Shown in pieces: positions 11,201 through 19,297 of a DNA stretch of 64,000 nt (positions are counted from its first letter, which is position 1; each line of letters begins with the position of its first letter). The position numbers and the translations under genes are program-made. Origin of the DNA: Pseudomonadota bacterium (GTDB taxonomy: Bacteria > Pseudomonadota > Alphaproteobacteria > Rickettsiales > UBA3002); NCBI GenBank assembly GCA_040384265.1, contig JAZKJM010000005.1, positions 51,166-115,165 on the forward strand, given 5' to 3'. Below the pieces are notes generated by a model. It worked only from the letters and a program-made list of their open reading frames with translations. It did no database searches and was not told the DNA's origin.

Positions 11201-11677
11201 CAGCCGTTCCGCATCCGCCTTGCGATTGGCGAGCAGCAGCTTGCCAAAGCCGCCATGGGTCGAGCCCGTGAGCGCGATCAACCCATCGCTATGCTGGCCA
11301 AGCATGTCATAATCGAGCAGCGGCGCGATGCCCAGCGCCGGCGCGGTGTGGGCTTTGCTGGCCAGCTGCAGCAGGTTGGCATAGCCCGTTTCATCCTTCG
11401 CATAGACCAGCAATTGATCCGGCGCATGTTTTTGCGCGCCACCGCCATGGGCCTCCTGCGTGAATGGCACGAGCGACAGCGTCAGCCCCACAATCGGCTG
11501 GATCCCCTCCTTCACCGCATATTCGGAGAATTCCAGCGAGCCGAACAAATTATCGTGATCGCACAGGCCGAGCGCAGGCATTTGCTCCGCCTTCGCCAGC
11601 GCAATCAGCTTGGGTATTTTGATAGCCCCCTTGAGCAGCGAGTAGGCACTATGGCTGCGCAAATGGACGAAGCTCAT
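8207..11677 (-). CDS. dnaE: DNA polymerase III subunit alpha
   Basis: 1156 aa with PHP-domain N-terminus MSFVHLRSHSAYSLLKGAI and the GLVKFDFLGLRTL and FNKSHAAAYA motifs. Confidence 0.95.
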   Translation of the reverse strand: MSFVHLRSHSAYSLLKGAIKIPKLIALAKAEQMPALGLCDHDNLFGSLEFSEYAVKEGIQPIVGLTLSLVPFTQEAHGGGAQKHAPDQLLVYAKDETGYANLLQLASKAHTAPALGIAPLLDYDMLGQHSDGLIALTGSTHGGFGKLLLANRKADAERLLMRLRECFGDRLYIELTRHQLAEERQIERMQIDAALAHNIPLVGTNNIYFADAKMVEAHDALLCVADGRYVTETDRPKMNAEHRFKTTSEMKLLFRDIPEALENTLNIARRCHIWAPSRTPILPGFHMEDAQGNVLSESEALGVKARAGLQARLEKLVFTPDMSDEEKTRIATPYRERLEFELDVIITMKFPGYFLIVSDFISWAKTQGIPVGPGRGSGAGSIVAWVLLITDLDPLRYGLLFERFLNPERVSMPDFDIDFCQDGREKVIHYVREKYGDDRVASIITFGKLQARAVLRDVGRVLQMPYSQVDRICKLVPNNPAQPCTLEEAIKLEPMLKQAIDDDESVEHLVGLALKLEGLYRHASTHAAGVVIGDRPLVELTPMYRDPKSDMLVVQYSMKWAEAAGLVKFDFLGLRTLSILQKAVDFIAAQGTQLDLLTLPEGDKKTYAMLSKGDTLGVFQFESAGMREALKNLRPDSIEDLIALGALYRPGPMDNIPTYIEVKHGRAKADYLHPLLEPVLRETYGVIIYQEQVQKIAQVLSGYTLGGADLLRRAMGKKIKAEMDAQRALFVEGATKNNVPKAQSSSIFDLVAKFAGYGFNKSHAAAYAVIAYQTAYLKANYPVEFMAASMTYESGSTDKLSQFAGEAKKFGIALLPPDINASQVEFSVEKQADGKLAVRYALAAIKNVGAGAMAAIVAEREAAGPFKDIHDFAQRVDASVMNKRQLEHLVIAGVFDSLSPNRRQLFESIDMLMASAQHATEDRSSAQVSLFGGEVAQALNRRALKVVDEWVVIDKLNLECSAIGFYLSAHPLEPYAPVFKKLGVSPSSRLLTPLPDKQTLKLTGILIGNKMRSSPRGRSAFLTLSDAHGQYEVAVFDESLLNQHHTLLKTGVALFLYVDVRQSERGQRVLVNKIEPLDVVAGGVKAASLSVTVEEIDDLARFKTMLGAPKDRGAKVELLVQVPTGIVKLQLPGCYAVATAELMQMQELNGVVAEAA

Positions 11678-12177
11678 GGGACCTCTCCGCGTGCAACTGG
11701 CTCACTAGCTCCCCCCTCGAGGGGGAGCCAAATCGCTTTTGCGATTTGGTGGGGGGGCTGCAACGCCTCAAGAATGCTAACCAGAACGCCCTCTATGTTC
11801 GCATTCACATCATGGTTCCAGAAACGAAGTACGCGATAGCCTGCTTGTAAAAGATCGGCATCCCGCAACATATCCGCAGCATTTTCCACATGCTGGCTAC
11901 CATCCAACTCGATCACCAGCTTGCACTCAACATTCAAAAAATCAACGATGTAAGAGCCAATCGGTTGCTGGCGACGGAATTTAAATCCACCAAGCTGCTT
12001 GCGCTTTAAGCGCTCCCACAGCTGAAATTCCCACGGCGTCATTTTTTTGCGCATGTTCTTGGCATGGCTCGTGTTGCGAGGGTTGTACCCCCCACCAAAT
12101 CGCAAAGAGCGATTTGGCTCCCCCTCGAGGGGGGAGCTAGTGAATGGCGTACCATGTTCGGCGGATTCTTTTATCAT
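11674..12177 (-). CDS. DUF559 (Vsr-like) endonuclease domain protein
   Basis: Core KNMRKKMTPWEFQLWERLKRKQLGGFKFRRQQPIGSYIVDF...VIELDGSQH...YRVLRFWNHDV matches the DUF559 pattern. ATGA overlaps with the lolD stop and the dnaE start. Both termini are encoded by inverted repeats. Confidence 0.7.
   Translation of the reverse strand: MIKESAEHGTPFTSSPLEGEPNRSLRFGGGYNPRNTSHAKNMRKKMTPWEFQLWERLKRKQLGGFKFRRQQPIGSYIVDFLNVECKLVIELDGSQHVENAADMLRDADLLQAGYRVLRFWNHDVNANIEGVLVSILEALQPPHQIAKAIWLPLEGGASEPVARGEVP
11701..11757. repeat. left inverted repeat of the DUF559 cassette (two internal hairpins)
   Basis: ctcactagctcccccctcgagggggagccaaatcgcttttgcgatttggtggggggg. Hairpins are GCTCCCCC/GGGGGAGC around a CTCGAG core and CCAAATCGC/GCGATTTGG. 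Confidence 0.9.
12088..12143. repeat. right inverted repeat of the DUF559 cassette
   Basis: ccccccaccaaatcgcaaagagcgatttggctccccctcgaggggggagctagtga is the reverse complement of 11701-11757, apart from one extra base in the second hairpin loop. Confidence 0.9.
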
Positions 12178-12857
12178 AATTGCGCCACATGAATTTTTCC
12201 GTCGCGCAGCGTCACCGCGCGCGTCAGGCGTTTGGCGAGGGTCATGTTGTGGGTGGCAATGAGTGCCGCCACCTGTTCTTCGCGGGCGATTTCAAGCAGC
12301 AGCGCCGTGACGGATTCGCTGGTGGTTGGGTCAAGATTGCCGGTTGGCTCATCCGCCAGAATCAGCGCCGGCTTATTGGCAAGCGCCCGCGCAATCGCCA
12401 CCCGCTGCTGCTCGCCGCCGGAAAGTTGCGATGGCAGATGATCCAGCCGGTGCTCCAGCCCAAGCCGCACCAGCAGCTCGCGCGCCCGCGCCGTGGCGGC
12501 GGCAGATTTCACGCCCGCAATCGCCTGCGGAATGGCTACGTTTTCGAGCGCCGAAAGCTCCGGAAGCAGGTTATGGAACTGGTAAATAAACCCGATATGC
12601 TGGTTGCGCAGCCGCGTACGGGCACGATCGTTCGCGTGGCTGGCATCCACCCCGGAAATAAAAATCGCGCCGGATTGCGGCGTATCGAGCAGGCCCGCAA
12701 TATGCAGCAACGTCGATTTCCCCGAGCCCGATGGCCCGATCAGCGCCACCAGCTCACCGGCTTTCAGCTCCAAATTCACGTCTTTCAGCACATCGAGCGG
12801 CCCAGCGCTTGACTGGTATTGCCGCGTCACCTGTTGAAGCGAGAGCACGCTATTCAT
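12174..12857 (-). CDS. lolD: lipoprotein-releasing ABC transporter ATP-binding protein
   Basis: 227 aa with Walker [10 protein letters not shown], signature [15 protein letters not shown] and Walker [12 protein letters not shown]. Follows the lolC/E-type permease. Confidence 0.85.
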   Translation of the reverse strand: MNSVLSLQQVTRQYQSSAGPLDVLKDVNLELKAGELVALIGPSGSGKSTLLHIAGLLDTPQSGAIFISGVDASHANDRARTRLRNQHIGFIYQFHNLLPELSALENVAIPQAIAGVKSAAATARARELLVRLGLEHRLDHLPSQLSGGEQQRVAIARALANKPALILADEPTGNLDPTTSESVTALLLEIAREEQVAALIATHNMTLAKRLTRAVTLRDGKIHVAQL

Positions 12858-14124
12858 AACGCAACGCCTCCGCCGGATCGAGCCTTGCTGCGCGCCGCGC
12901 CGGATACAATGTGGAAAGGAACGACAACAGCAGCGCCAGCAGAATAATCACCACCACCTCGCCCGGCTCGGTTTTGGTCGGCAACGTGGAGAGGAAATAG
13001 ATATTTTCGATTAAAATTTCCTGCCCCAGCGCCCGCTCCAGCAGGTGGTGCAGCGGCTCCAGATAGGCCGCCAGCAGCAGCCCAAGGCCCACGCCCGCCA
13101 CTGTGCCCGCCACGCCAATCATGGTGCCTGCCGCAATAAAAATCCGCATCACGCTCGCCCGGCTGGCACCCATCGTGCGCAGCACCGCAATATCGCGGCC
13201 CTTTTCCTTCACCAGCATGACGAGGCTTGAAATAATATTGAACGCCGCCACCAGAATAATCAGCGCGAGGATGATCACCATCACATTGCGCTGCACGGTG
13301 AGCGCTGCAAAAATGCTCGCATTGGTCTCTTGCCAGTCATACACCCGCGCCTGATCGCCCAGCGCCGAGCGAATGCTGCTGGCGATTGCTGGTGCGGTAT
13401 TGGTGTCGTTCACCATCACCTCCAGATTGCTCACCGCGTCGCTGCCCAGCTCGCTATCCGCGGCGCTCAACAGGAAGTAATTCTGCGCTTCCGCAAACGG
13501 CATCAGCACCAGCCCGGAATCGAACTCATGCATGCCGAGCTTGATGGTCGCCACCACCGGATATGCCTTCATGCGCGGCACAAAACCCGCGATGGTCGAG
13601 CGCCCCTGCGGCGAAATCAGCGTCACCGAATCGCCCACACTCACCCGCAGATTGCGCGCGAGGCGCTCGCCCAGCACGATTCCCGCCTCATCGCGCAGCC
13701 CATCGAGCGAGCCGGCGGAAACATGCGAGGTGAACAGCGTGCGCGCGCTCAGCGCTTCCCACGGCGTCGCCATCGCCTGCGCGCCGATGGCCGCGCCATG
13801 CGCCGTCACCATCACCTGCCCGGTCACTTTCGGCGTCACGCTCAGCACGCCCGGCAGCGCGCGGATATCGTTCACCGCCGCCTGATATTGCGTGAATGCG
13901 CGCGCCTGCGAATAGACGGTGACATGCCCATCAATCCCGATAAAGCGCGAGGTCATTTCCGCGCGGATGCCGTTCATGAGCGACGTCACCAAAATCAGCG
14001 TCGCCACGCCAAGCGTGATGCCGATCACCGCGAACCAGGTGGTCAGCGAAATGAACCCCTCCGCCCGCCGCGCCCGCACATAGCGCCAGGCCAGCATACG
14101 CTCGACTGCGGAAAGTATCGCCAC
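12850..14124 (-). CDS. lolC: lipoprotein-releasing ABC transporter permease (LolC/E family)
   Basis: 424 aa with MacB-like/FtsX permease topology and a C-terminal ...[17 protein letters not shown] typical of LolC/E. GTG start at 14124. Confidence 0.85.
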   Translation of the reverse strand: MAILSAVERMLAWRYVRARRAEGFISLTTWFAVIGITLGVATLILVTSLMNGIRAEMTSRFIGIDGHVTVYSQARAFTQYQAAVNDIRALPGVLSVTPKVTGQVMVTAHGAAIGAQAMATPWEALSARTLFTSHVSAGSLDGLRDEAGIVLGERLARNLRVSVGDSVTLISPQGRSTIAGFVPRMKAYPVVATIKLGMHEFDSGLVLMPFAEAQNYFLLSAADSELGSDAVSNLEVMVNDTNTAPAIASSIRSALGDQARVYDWQETNASIFAALTVQRNVMVIILALIILVAAFNIISSLVMLVKEKGRDIAVLRTMGASRASVMRIFIAAGTMIGVAGTVAGVGLGLLLAAYLEPLHHLLERALGQEILIENIYFLSTLPTKTEPGEVVVIILLALLLSFLSTLYPARRAARLDPAEALRYE

Positions 14125-15440
14125 TATGCGACCGTCGTCATTTTGGTGCGCTGCTCGCTGACGCGGGCGATGGCCGCTTCCAGCGACAGCTCGGATTTTT
14201 CACCCGTGCGGCGGTATTTCATTTCCACCGTGCCGGATGCGGCACCGCGCGGCCCAACCGTCAACTGCCATGGCAGGCCGATGAGGTCCATGCCCGCAAA
14301 TTTTGCGCCGCCGCGTTGGTCGGTGTCATCGTAAAGCGGCTTCAGCCCGGCGCGTTGCAGCCCTTCATAGAGCTGCTCACTGAGCGCATCGCACGCGGCA
14401 TCGCCGCTGCGCAGGTTAATCACCCCGGCATCGAACGGCGCCACTGCTTCGGGCCAGATGATGCCGTTTTCGTCATGCCCGGCCTCGATAATCGCGCCCA
14501 CAAGGCGCGACACGCCGATGCCATAAGTGCCCATTTGCACCCGCACATCTTTGCCCGCATCGCCCATCACATTCACGTTCATGGCGTCGGTGTATTTGCT
14601 GCCCAGCAGGAAGATATGCCCCACCTCGATGCCGCGCGCGGTGCGCAAGCGATCCGCCGGGATCGGGCATGTTTCGGGCACATGCAGCTCATCCGCCGCC
14701 GCATAGAGCGCGCGCATTTCTTCATCTGTTTTAGTAACTTTCCCGGCGCGGATATCGTCGAACGTTGCGTCGTAATAGACGGCGCTTTCGCCCGTTTCCG
14801 CCAGCACCTGGAACTCATGGCTCATGCTGCCGCCAATCGCGCCGGAATCCGCCGTCACTGCGATGGACACCAGCCCAAGGCGGCGGAAAATGCGGTGGTA
14901 GGCCGCATACATGCTCTTATATTCGCGCTGCGCATCTTCGATGGTGGTGTGGAAGGAATAGCCGTCTTTCATCAGGAATTCACGGCCGCGCATCACGCCG
15001 AAACGTGGGCGCACTTCGTCACGGAATTTCCACTGGATCTGATAGAGATTCACCGGCAGCTGCTTGTAGCTGCGCACGAAATTGCGGAAGATGTTGACGA
15101 TCATTTCCTCGCAGGTTGGGCTGTAGAGCAGCTCGCGGTCGGCGCGGTCCTTGAAGCGCAGCATCTCTTTGCCCAGCGCATCGTAACGGCCGGATTCCTT
15201 CCATAAATCGGTGGGCTGCAAGGTCGGCATCAGCACCCGCACGCAGCCTGCTTTATCCAGCTCTTCGGCAACAATGCGCTCGACATGATCCAGCACGCTC
15301 AGGCCCAGCGGCAGCCAGCTATAGATCCCCGCCACTTCCTGATGCACCATGCCCGCGCGCAGCATCAGCCGGTGTGAGGCGATCTGGGCTTCTTTTGGCT
15401 CTTCCTTGAGCAGGGGCAAAAAATACTGACTAAGGCGCAT
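14124..15440 (-). CDS. proS: proline--tRNA ligase
   Basis: MRLSQYFLPLLKEEPKEAQIASHRLMLRAGM N-terminus with class II motifs. Start set at ATG 15440. About 438 aa, the short form. Confidence 0.9.
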   Translation of the reverse strand: MRLSQYFLPLLKEEPKEAQIASHRLMLRAGMVHQEVAGIYSWLPLGLSVLDHVERIVAEELDKAGCVRVLMPTLQPTDLWKESGRYDALGKEMLRFKDRADRELLYSPTCEEMIVNIFRNFVRSYKQLPVNLYQIQWKFRDEVRPRFGVMRGREFLMKDGYSFHTTIEDAQREYKSMYAAYHRIFRRLGLVSIAVTADSGAIGGSMSHEFQVLAETGESAVYYDATFDDIRAGKVTKTDEEMRALYAAADELHVPETCPIPADRLRTARGIEVGHIFLLGSKYTDAMNVNVMGDAGKDVRVQMGTYGIGVSRLVGAIIEAGHDENGIIWPEAVAPFDAGVINLRSGDAACDALSEQLYEGLQRAGLKPLYDDTDQRGGAKFAGMDLIGLPWQLTVGPRGAASGTVEMKYRRTGEKSELSLEAAIARVSEQRTKMTTVA

Positions 15441-15570
15441 GAACGGCACTCCAACAATGAACGGGAGGTGCACTATGGCGCGCTACGCACAAAAAGCAAC
15501 GAATCGCCGCAGATTATGGACAGAAAAAACGCTTTTCAATCACCTGTTTTTCTCCCCCACTCCCCCTCAC

Positions 15571-15660
15571 GTCATCCTACGCCTTGAGCGTAGGATCTCA
15601 GGCCACACACGCAGGCCTGAGTATGCTGCCTGAGATCCTGCGGTTAAACCGCAGGATGAC
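15571..15660. repeat. nested-palindrome element, GTCAY...RTGAC family (copy a)
   Basis: gtcatcctacgccttgagcgtaggatctcaggc...gcctgagatcctgcggttaaaccgcaggatgac. Each arm is itself a hairpin. Confidence 0.85.
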
Positions 15661-15684
15661 GGCGTAAAAAACAAAGGATTTACC

Positions 15685-16140
15685 CTATTTCTGCCACGGC
15701 AAGCGCTGCATGGGCGCGGGTGTCACCGCGTGCCGCCCGGCCTGCCAGTCGCGGCCCGAATTCCAGCCGCGCGATTGCATGCACGGCTCGATAATGCGCA
15801 TGCGCAGGCGATCCACCTGCGCGTTATGCTGATAATCCGGCTCCACGCGGATGGTGCGGCTGCCCGAATACGGGCCAAACCCGCCGCCATAGCCGCCATA
15901 CACATGCGCGTAATGGCCGTTATCATAGAGCGTTGTCGGATACGTCATATCCGCCTGATCCTCGCACGCCGCGCGATCTGCGCGAAACGCATCCTGCTGC
16001 TGGTGGTAATACGCGATGCATTTTCCATATTCCACCGTGCCACCCACGCCGAAGCTTTGGCAATAGAGCTCATCTGCCGGGGTGCAGCCTACAACCAGCA
16101 TTAATCCAGATATGGCCATTAACGAACGTATCATGCGCAT
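15685..16140 (-). CDS. hypothetical lipoprotein
   Basis: MRMIRSLMAISGLMLVVGC lipobox after the internal ATG 16140. Gly/Tyr-rich mature part. The longer ORF would overlap the upstream gene. Confidence 0.55.
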   Translation of the reverse strand: MRMIRSLMAISGLMLVVGCTPADELYCQSFGVGGTVEYGKCIAYYHQQQDAFRADRAACEDQADMTYPTTLYDNGHYAHVYGGYGGGFGPYSGSRTIRVEPDYQHNAQVDRLRMRIIEPCMQSRGWNSGRDWQAGRHAVTPAPMQRLPWQK

Positions 16141-16147
16141 CAATTCC

Positions 16148-16720
16148 TCATTTCGTCGAATGCTCGCACCCGGCAGGCAGCACCGCTTGTCCACCGATTG
16201 GCTGGCCGTTCAGCAATGCGTCGCCATCCTTGCCAACTTCAATCGTCCCCATCCGCGCAAAGCTTTGGGAAAGATCGACATTATGGGTAGGATTGGACGG
16301 ATCTGGCTCCAGGTATTTGGCGGTTGGGATGGCCAAGGGAATGGCGATTTTATCCATATTCCCAAGCACCGTGCCGCCCTCGAGATCCGCCGGTTTCACC
16401 TTCTTCTCACCCGCCCCATAGCCATCACGGGTCGAAATATCGGCCGGGGCCTGATAGGCGCTCAGCGGCTCGCACCCGCCCCCGGCGTGATACATATCCT
16501 CCGCCTTGGCATAGGTCGCGATGAAGTAAATACCGATGGTGGGCAAAACCGCCGCCAGCGTCGCCCAGCGGAATTTCCGCCGCAGCTGGGGCTTTTCGGG
16601 AGCTGAAGGGGCATGCCCAAGCCCCGGCTTTGCGGGCGCCGCTGCCGCATGGGGCAGCACCATGAACAGCACCATCCACCAGCATACGGCGTAGGTTACA
16701 AGAAATTGGAATATCGTCAT
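16148..16720 (-). CDS. DUF1467-like membrane protein with a C-terminal extension of about 100 aa
   Basis: N-terminal MTIFQFLVTYAVCWWMVLFMVLPH...PEKPQLRRKFRWATLAAVL resembles the ~90-aa DUF1467 family, which neighbours proS in alphaproteobacteria (from memory). Confidence 0.55.
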   Translation of the reverse strand: MTIFQFLVTYAVCWWMVLFMVLPHAAAAPAKPGLGHAPSAPEKPQLRRKFRWATLAAVLPTIGIYFIATYAKAEDMYHAGGGCEPLSAYQAPADISTRDGYGAGEKKVKPADLEGGTVLGNMDKIAIPLAIPTAKYLEPDPSNPTHNVDLSQSFARMGTIEVGKDGDALLNGQPIGGQAVLPAGCEHSTK

Positions 16721-16765
16721 AAATTACCTAAAAATAGACTATGCCCATTACCGCCCCCCCTGCTT

Positions 16766-16834
16766 GTCACCCCGGGCCTGTCCCGGGGTCTGGCCGCGTG
16801 GCCGGGCCGGATGCCGGGATGAACCCGGCATGAC
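16766..16834. repeat. nested-palindrome element (copy b, CCCGGG subtype)
   Basis: gtcaccccgggcctgtcccggggtctggcc...ggatgccgggatgaacccggcatgac. Near-identical arms to copy c at 50271. Confidence 0.85.
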
Positions 16835-16961
16835 ACGCGTGGGGAGCAAATGAACGCCTAGGCTTACTAGCACAACCCGGGCCAAATGTCACAAAAGCTT
16901 CACATTGCCCACGGCGCATTCTGCTAAAATCATAGTGTAGAAATCGGTTACCATAGGCAGC

Positions 16962-17945
16962 ATGACGAGCCACGAAACAACGGAATTAAAGCTAAAAACG
17001 ACACCCACCGGCGGGGTGCAGGCGTCCAATAGCCCGATGTACCGCACGTTGGTGTCGCAGGGCTATAAGGGTTTCCTGCAAGGCACCATCGGCGGCGCGG
17101 CACTGTATGGCACGCTGGGGCTTGCAGTGGGCGGCATTGTCGCCGCTTGCGCTTTCCCGTTTGTTGGCCCGCTTGGCGCATCCGTGTTCCTTTTGGCCCC
17201 GGCCATGGGCGGGCTTGGCATCCTCAAAGGCGCAAGCACCTTTGGCACCATTGGCTCGGTTGCCGCCATCAACGCTGCCGCCGCCGATCTCTCCGAGCAG
17301 CGGCGCTACCTGCTCGACCGCTATTACGACCTGCCCGACGGCCCCGCCGGTGAAAAAGAAGCCGCCGCCATTCGCCAAGAGCTGGAGCAACAACACACCA
17401 CCACCAAACCACCGCATCTCATTCATTGGAAAACCGTCGCCATCTGCGGTGCGATTGGCGCAGCCGTGGCGGTGGCGTTCCTCGCGCCCATCGGCCTTGG
17501 GCTCGTCACCCATGCGGGCATTACCGAGCTGCTTGGCTCCACGCTTGGCACGGCGATCGTTAATGCTTCCGTACCACTGCTGACCGCCGTTTGCACCGGT
17601 GTGGGCGCGCTGGCCGGGGCCACGATCGGCATCGACCGCTACTACATCCGTAAATGGTTCGACCATACGGAAGGTGTCGTCCATAGTAACGACCATAACC
17701 ATGGCGCGCTCATGGAGCGCTTGCAGCAGATTGAGCGCCTGCGAACCGCCGCCCGCGCCGATGAGCGAACCAAGGAACAACTACTCCAGCGCGCCGAAGG
17801 TGATCTGCCCATGGAACAGGCGGCCACAACGCCCAAGCCGCGCACCATCGCCAGCCTCGACCAGCCGGAAAACAAAATCAGCAGCATGACCTACGAGAAC
17901 CGCCTGGCGGATATTCAAAAAGCGATGGCGATACCCGCCCTTTAA
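16962..17945 (+). CDS. hypothetical membrane protein with an internal duplication (glycine-zipper TM pair + DRYY, twice)
   Basis: 327 aa. Two Gly/Ala-rich hydrophobic blocks, each followed by DRYY (LLDRYYDLPDG and GIDRYYIRKWFDH). Charged, helical-looking C-terminal tail. Confidence 0.55.
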   Translation: MTSHETTELKLKTTPTGGVQASNSPMYRTLVSQGYKGFLQGTIGGAALYGTLGLAVGGIVAACAFPFVGPLGASVFLLAPAMGGLGILKGASTFGTIGSVAAINAAAADLSEQRRYLLDRYYDLPDGPAGEKEAAAIRQELEQQHTTTKPPHLIHWKTVAICGAIGAAVAVAFLAPIGLGLVTHAGITELLGSTLGTAIVNASVPLLTAVCTGVGALAGATIGIDRYYIRKWFDHTEGVVHSNDHNHGALMERLQQIERLRTAARADERTKEQLLQRAEGDLPMEQAATTPKPRTIASLDQPENKISSMTYENRLADIQKAMAIPAL

Positions 17946-18841
17946 GAGCTGCGCGTCAACCGCACCTGCCGGATGCGGCGCGGATCGGCCATCATAATTT
18001 CGGCCTTGAGCGTCGGCTTCAGCATCAGCACTTCACCACGCACCGGCACCCGGCCTAACAGCGAGAAAATCAACCCGCCGAGCGTATCAATGGTGGCGCC
18101 CACTTCCTCGTCGCACAGCTTCTCGCCGAGGGCTTCTTCCAGCTTTTCGGTAGTGGTGCGGGCGTCTGTTTCCAGCACATGGTCGCCCAGCCAGCGCAAG
18201 GTAGGGCTCGATTCATGGCCGTCATGCTCGTCCTGAATTTCGCCGACCAGCTCCTCGAATAGATCTTCCATCGTCACCAGACCATCCGTGCCGCCGAATT
18301 CATCGACCACGATGGCGATATGGCAGCCCGAAACACGCATTTTCATCAGCAAATCGACAATGCGCATGCTGGGCGGAATGAACAGGATTTCGCGCAGCAC
18401 CAGCCCGATTTCGAGCACATCCCCAGTTGCGAAATAGGGGAATAAATCCTTCACATGGATGAAGCCTTCAATGCTATCGAGCGACTCATGATAGACCGGA
18501 ATGCGCGTGTGGCCGATATCGATCACATGCTGTTTCAGCTCTTCCAGCGACACACCACGCTCCACGCCCATGATGTCCGAGCGCGGCACCATGATATCGC
18601 GCACGGTCAGCTCGCCGAAATGGATCATGTTCTTGAGCAGTGATTTTTCCTCGGCGCTGATGGTCGCGCCATCGGGCGAGTGCTCTTCCAGCACTTCCTC
18701 GATCATCTCAAGGATGGTGCCTTCGTTGCGCACGCCCACTCTTTCGCGGAACCAGCGCACCGCGTGGCTAATGCGCGACGGGGCTTCGTACGGGGAAAAG
18801 CTTTTACTGTCGCCCTCGGGCGATGATGGTTCGTGCGTCAT
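17942..18841 (-). CDS. corC: CBS-pair/CorC_HlyC domain protein (CorC/TlyC family)
   Basis: 299 aa with TVRDIMVPRSDI and a CBS pair plus a C-terminal transporter-associated domain. Sits downstream of ybeY, as in the conserved phoH-ybeY-corC operon. Confidence 0.85.
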   Translation of the reverse strand: MTHEPSSPEGDSKSFSPYEAPSRISHAVRWFRERVGVRNEGTILEMIEEVLEEHSPDGATISAEEKSLLKNMIHFGELTVRDIMVPRSDIMGVERGVSLEELKQHVIDIGHTRIPVYHESLDSIEGFIHVKDLFPYFATGDVLEIGLVLREILFIPPSMRIVDLLMKMRVSGCHIAIVVDEFGGTDGLVTMEDLFEELVGEIQDEHDGHESSPTLRWLGDHVLETDARTTTEKLEEALGEKLCDEEVGATIDTLGGLIFSLLGRVPVRGEVLMLKPTLKAEIMMADPRRIRQVRLTRSS

Positions 18842-18850
18842 GGGCGAACC

Positions 18851-19297
18851 TTAAGCAGATTCATACGGATTCGCAATACCCATCCGCGCAAGAATTTTTA
18901 TTTCACACGCTTCCATGGCTTCCGCTTCCGCTTCGACCTCATGATCGAAGCCCAGCAGGTGCAGCGTGCCATGCACCGCCAGATGCGTGAGATGGCGCTT
19001 GAGCGGCTTGCCCTGCGCCACCGCCTCGCGCGCCAGCGTCTCATACGCCATCACGATATCGCCCAGTTGGCGCACGCCGCCATCCACGCTGCCATCGGGG
19101 AAAGAAAGCACGTTGGTGGGTTTGTTTTTGCCACGATATTGCTTGTTGAGCGCCTGAATTTCCGCGTCATCCGCCAGCACCACCGTCACCGCCGCGCGTA
19201 TGATTTTTTGCTGCGCCAGTGCCGCCGCCACCGCGCGCTCCACCGTCGGGCGAAGGCCCTTCCAACGTGGGTCATGGGTGAGGATGGTGATGGTCAT
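18851..19297 (-). CDS. ybeY: rRNA maturation RNase YbeY
   Basis: 148 aa with the zinc motif HGTLHLLGFDH. Confidence 0.9.
   Translation of the reverse strand: MTITILTHDPRWKGLRPTVERAVAAALAQQKIIRAAVTVVLADDAEIQALNKQYRGKNKPTNVLSFPDGSVDGGVRQLGDIVMAYETLAREAVAQGKPLKRHLTHLAVHGTLHLLGFDHEVEAEAEAMEACEIKILARMGIANPYESA

Larger units (their letters stand above)
11701..12143. mobile_element. putative compact cassette: DUF559 gene between 57-bp terminal inverted repeats
   Basis: The inverted repeats at 11701-11757 and 12088-12143 are reverse complements, differing only by a 1-nt loop indel and the outermost base. Mobility is inferred, not shown. Confidence 0.35.

Noticed and set aside
9659-11839. 726-aa plus-strand ORF opposite dnaE
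   Set aside because: It lies antisense to an unambiguous DnaE reading frame. The product is Arg/His/Gln-rich low-complexity sequence, typical of shadow ORFs in GC-rich DNA, and no motif is recognisable.
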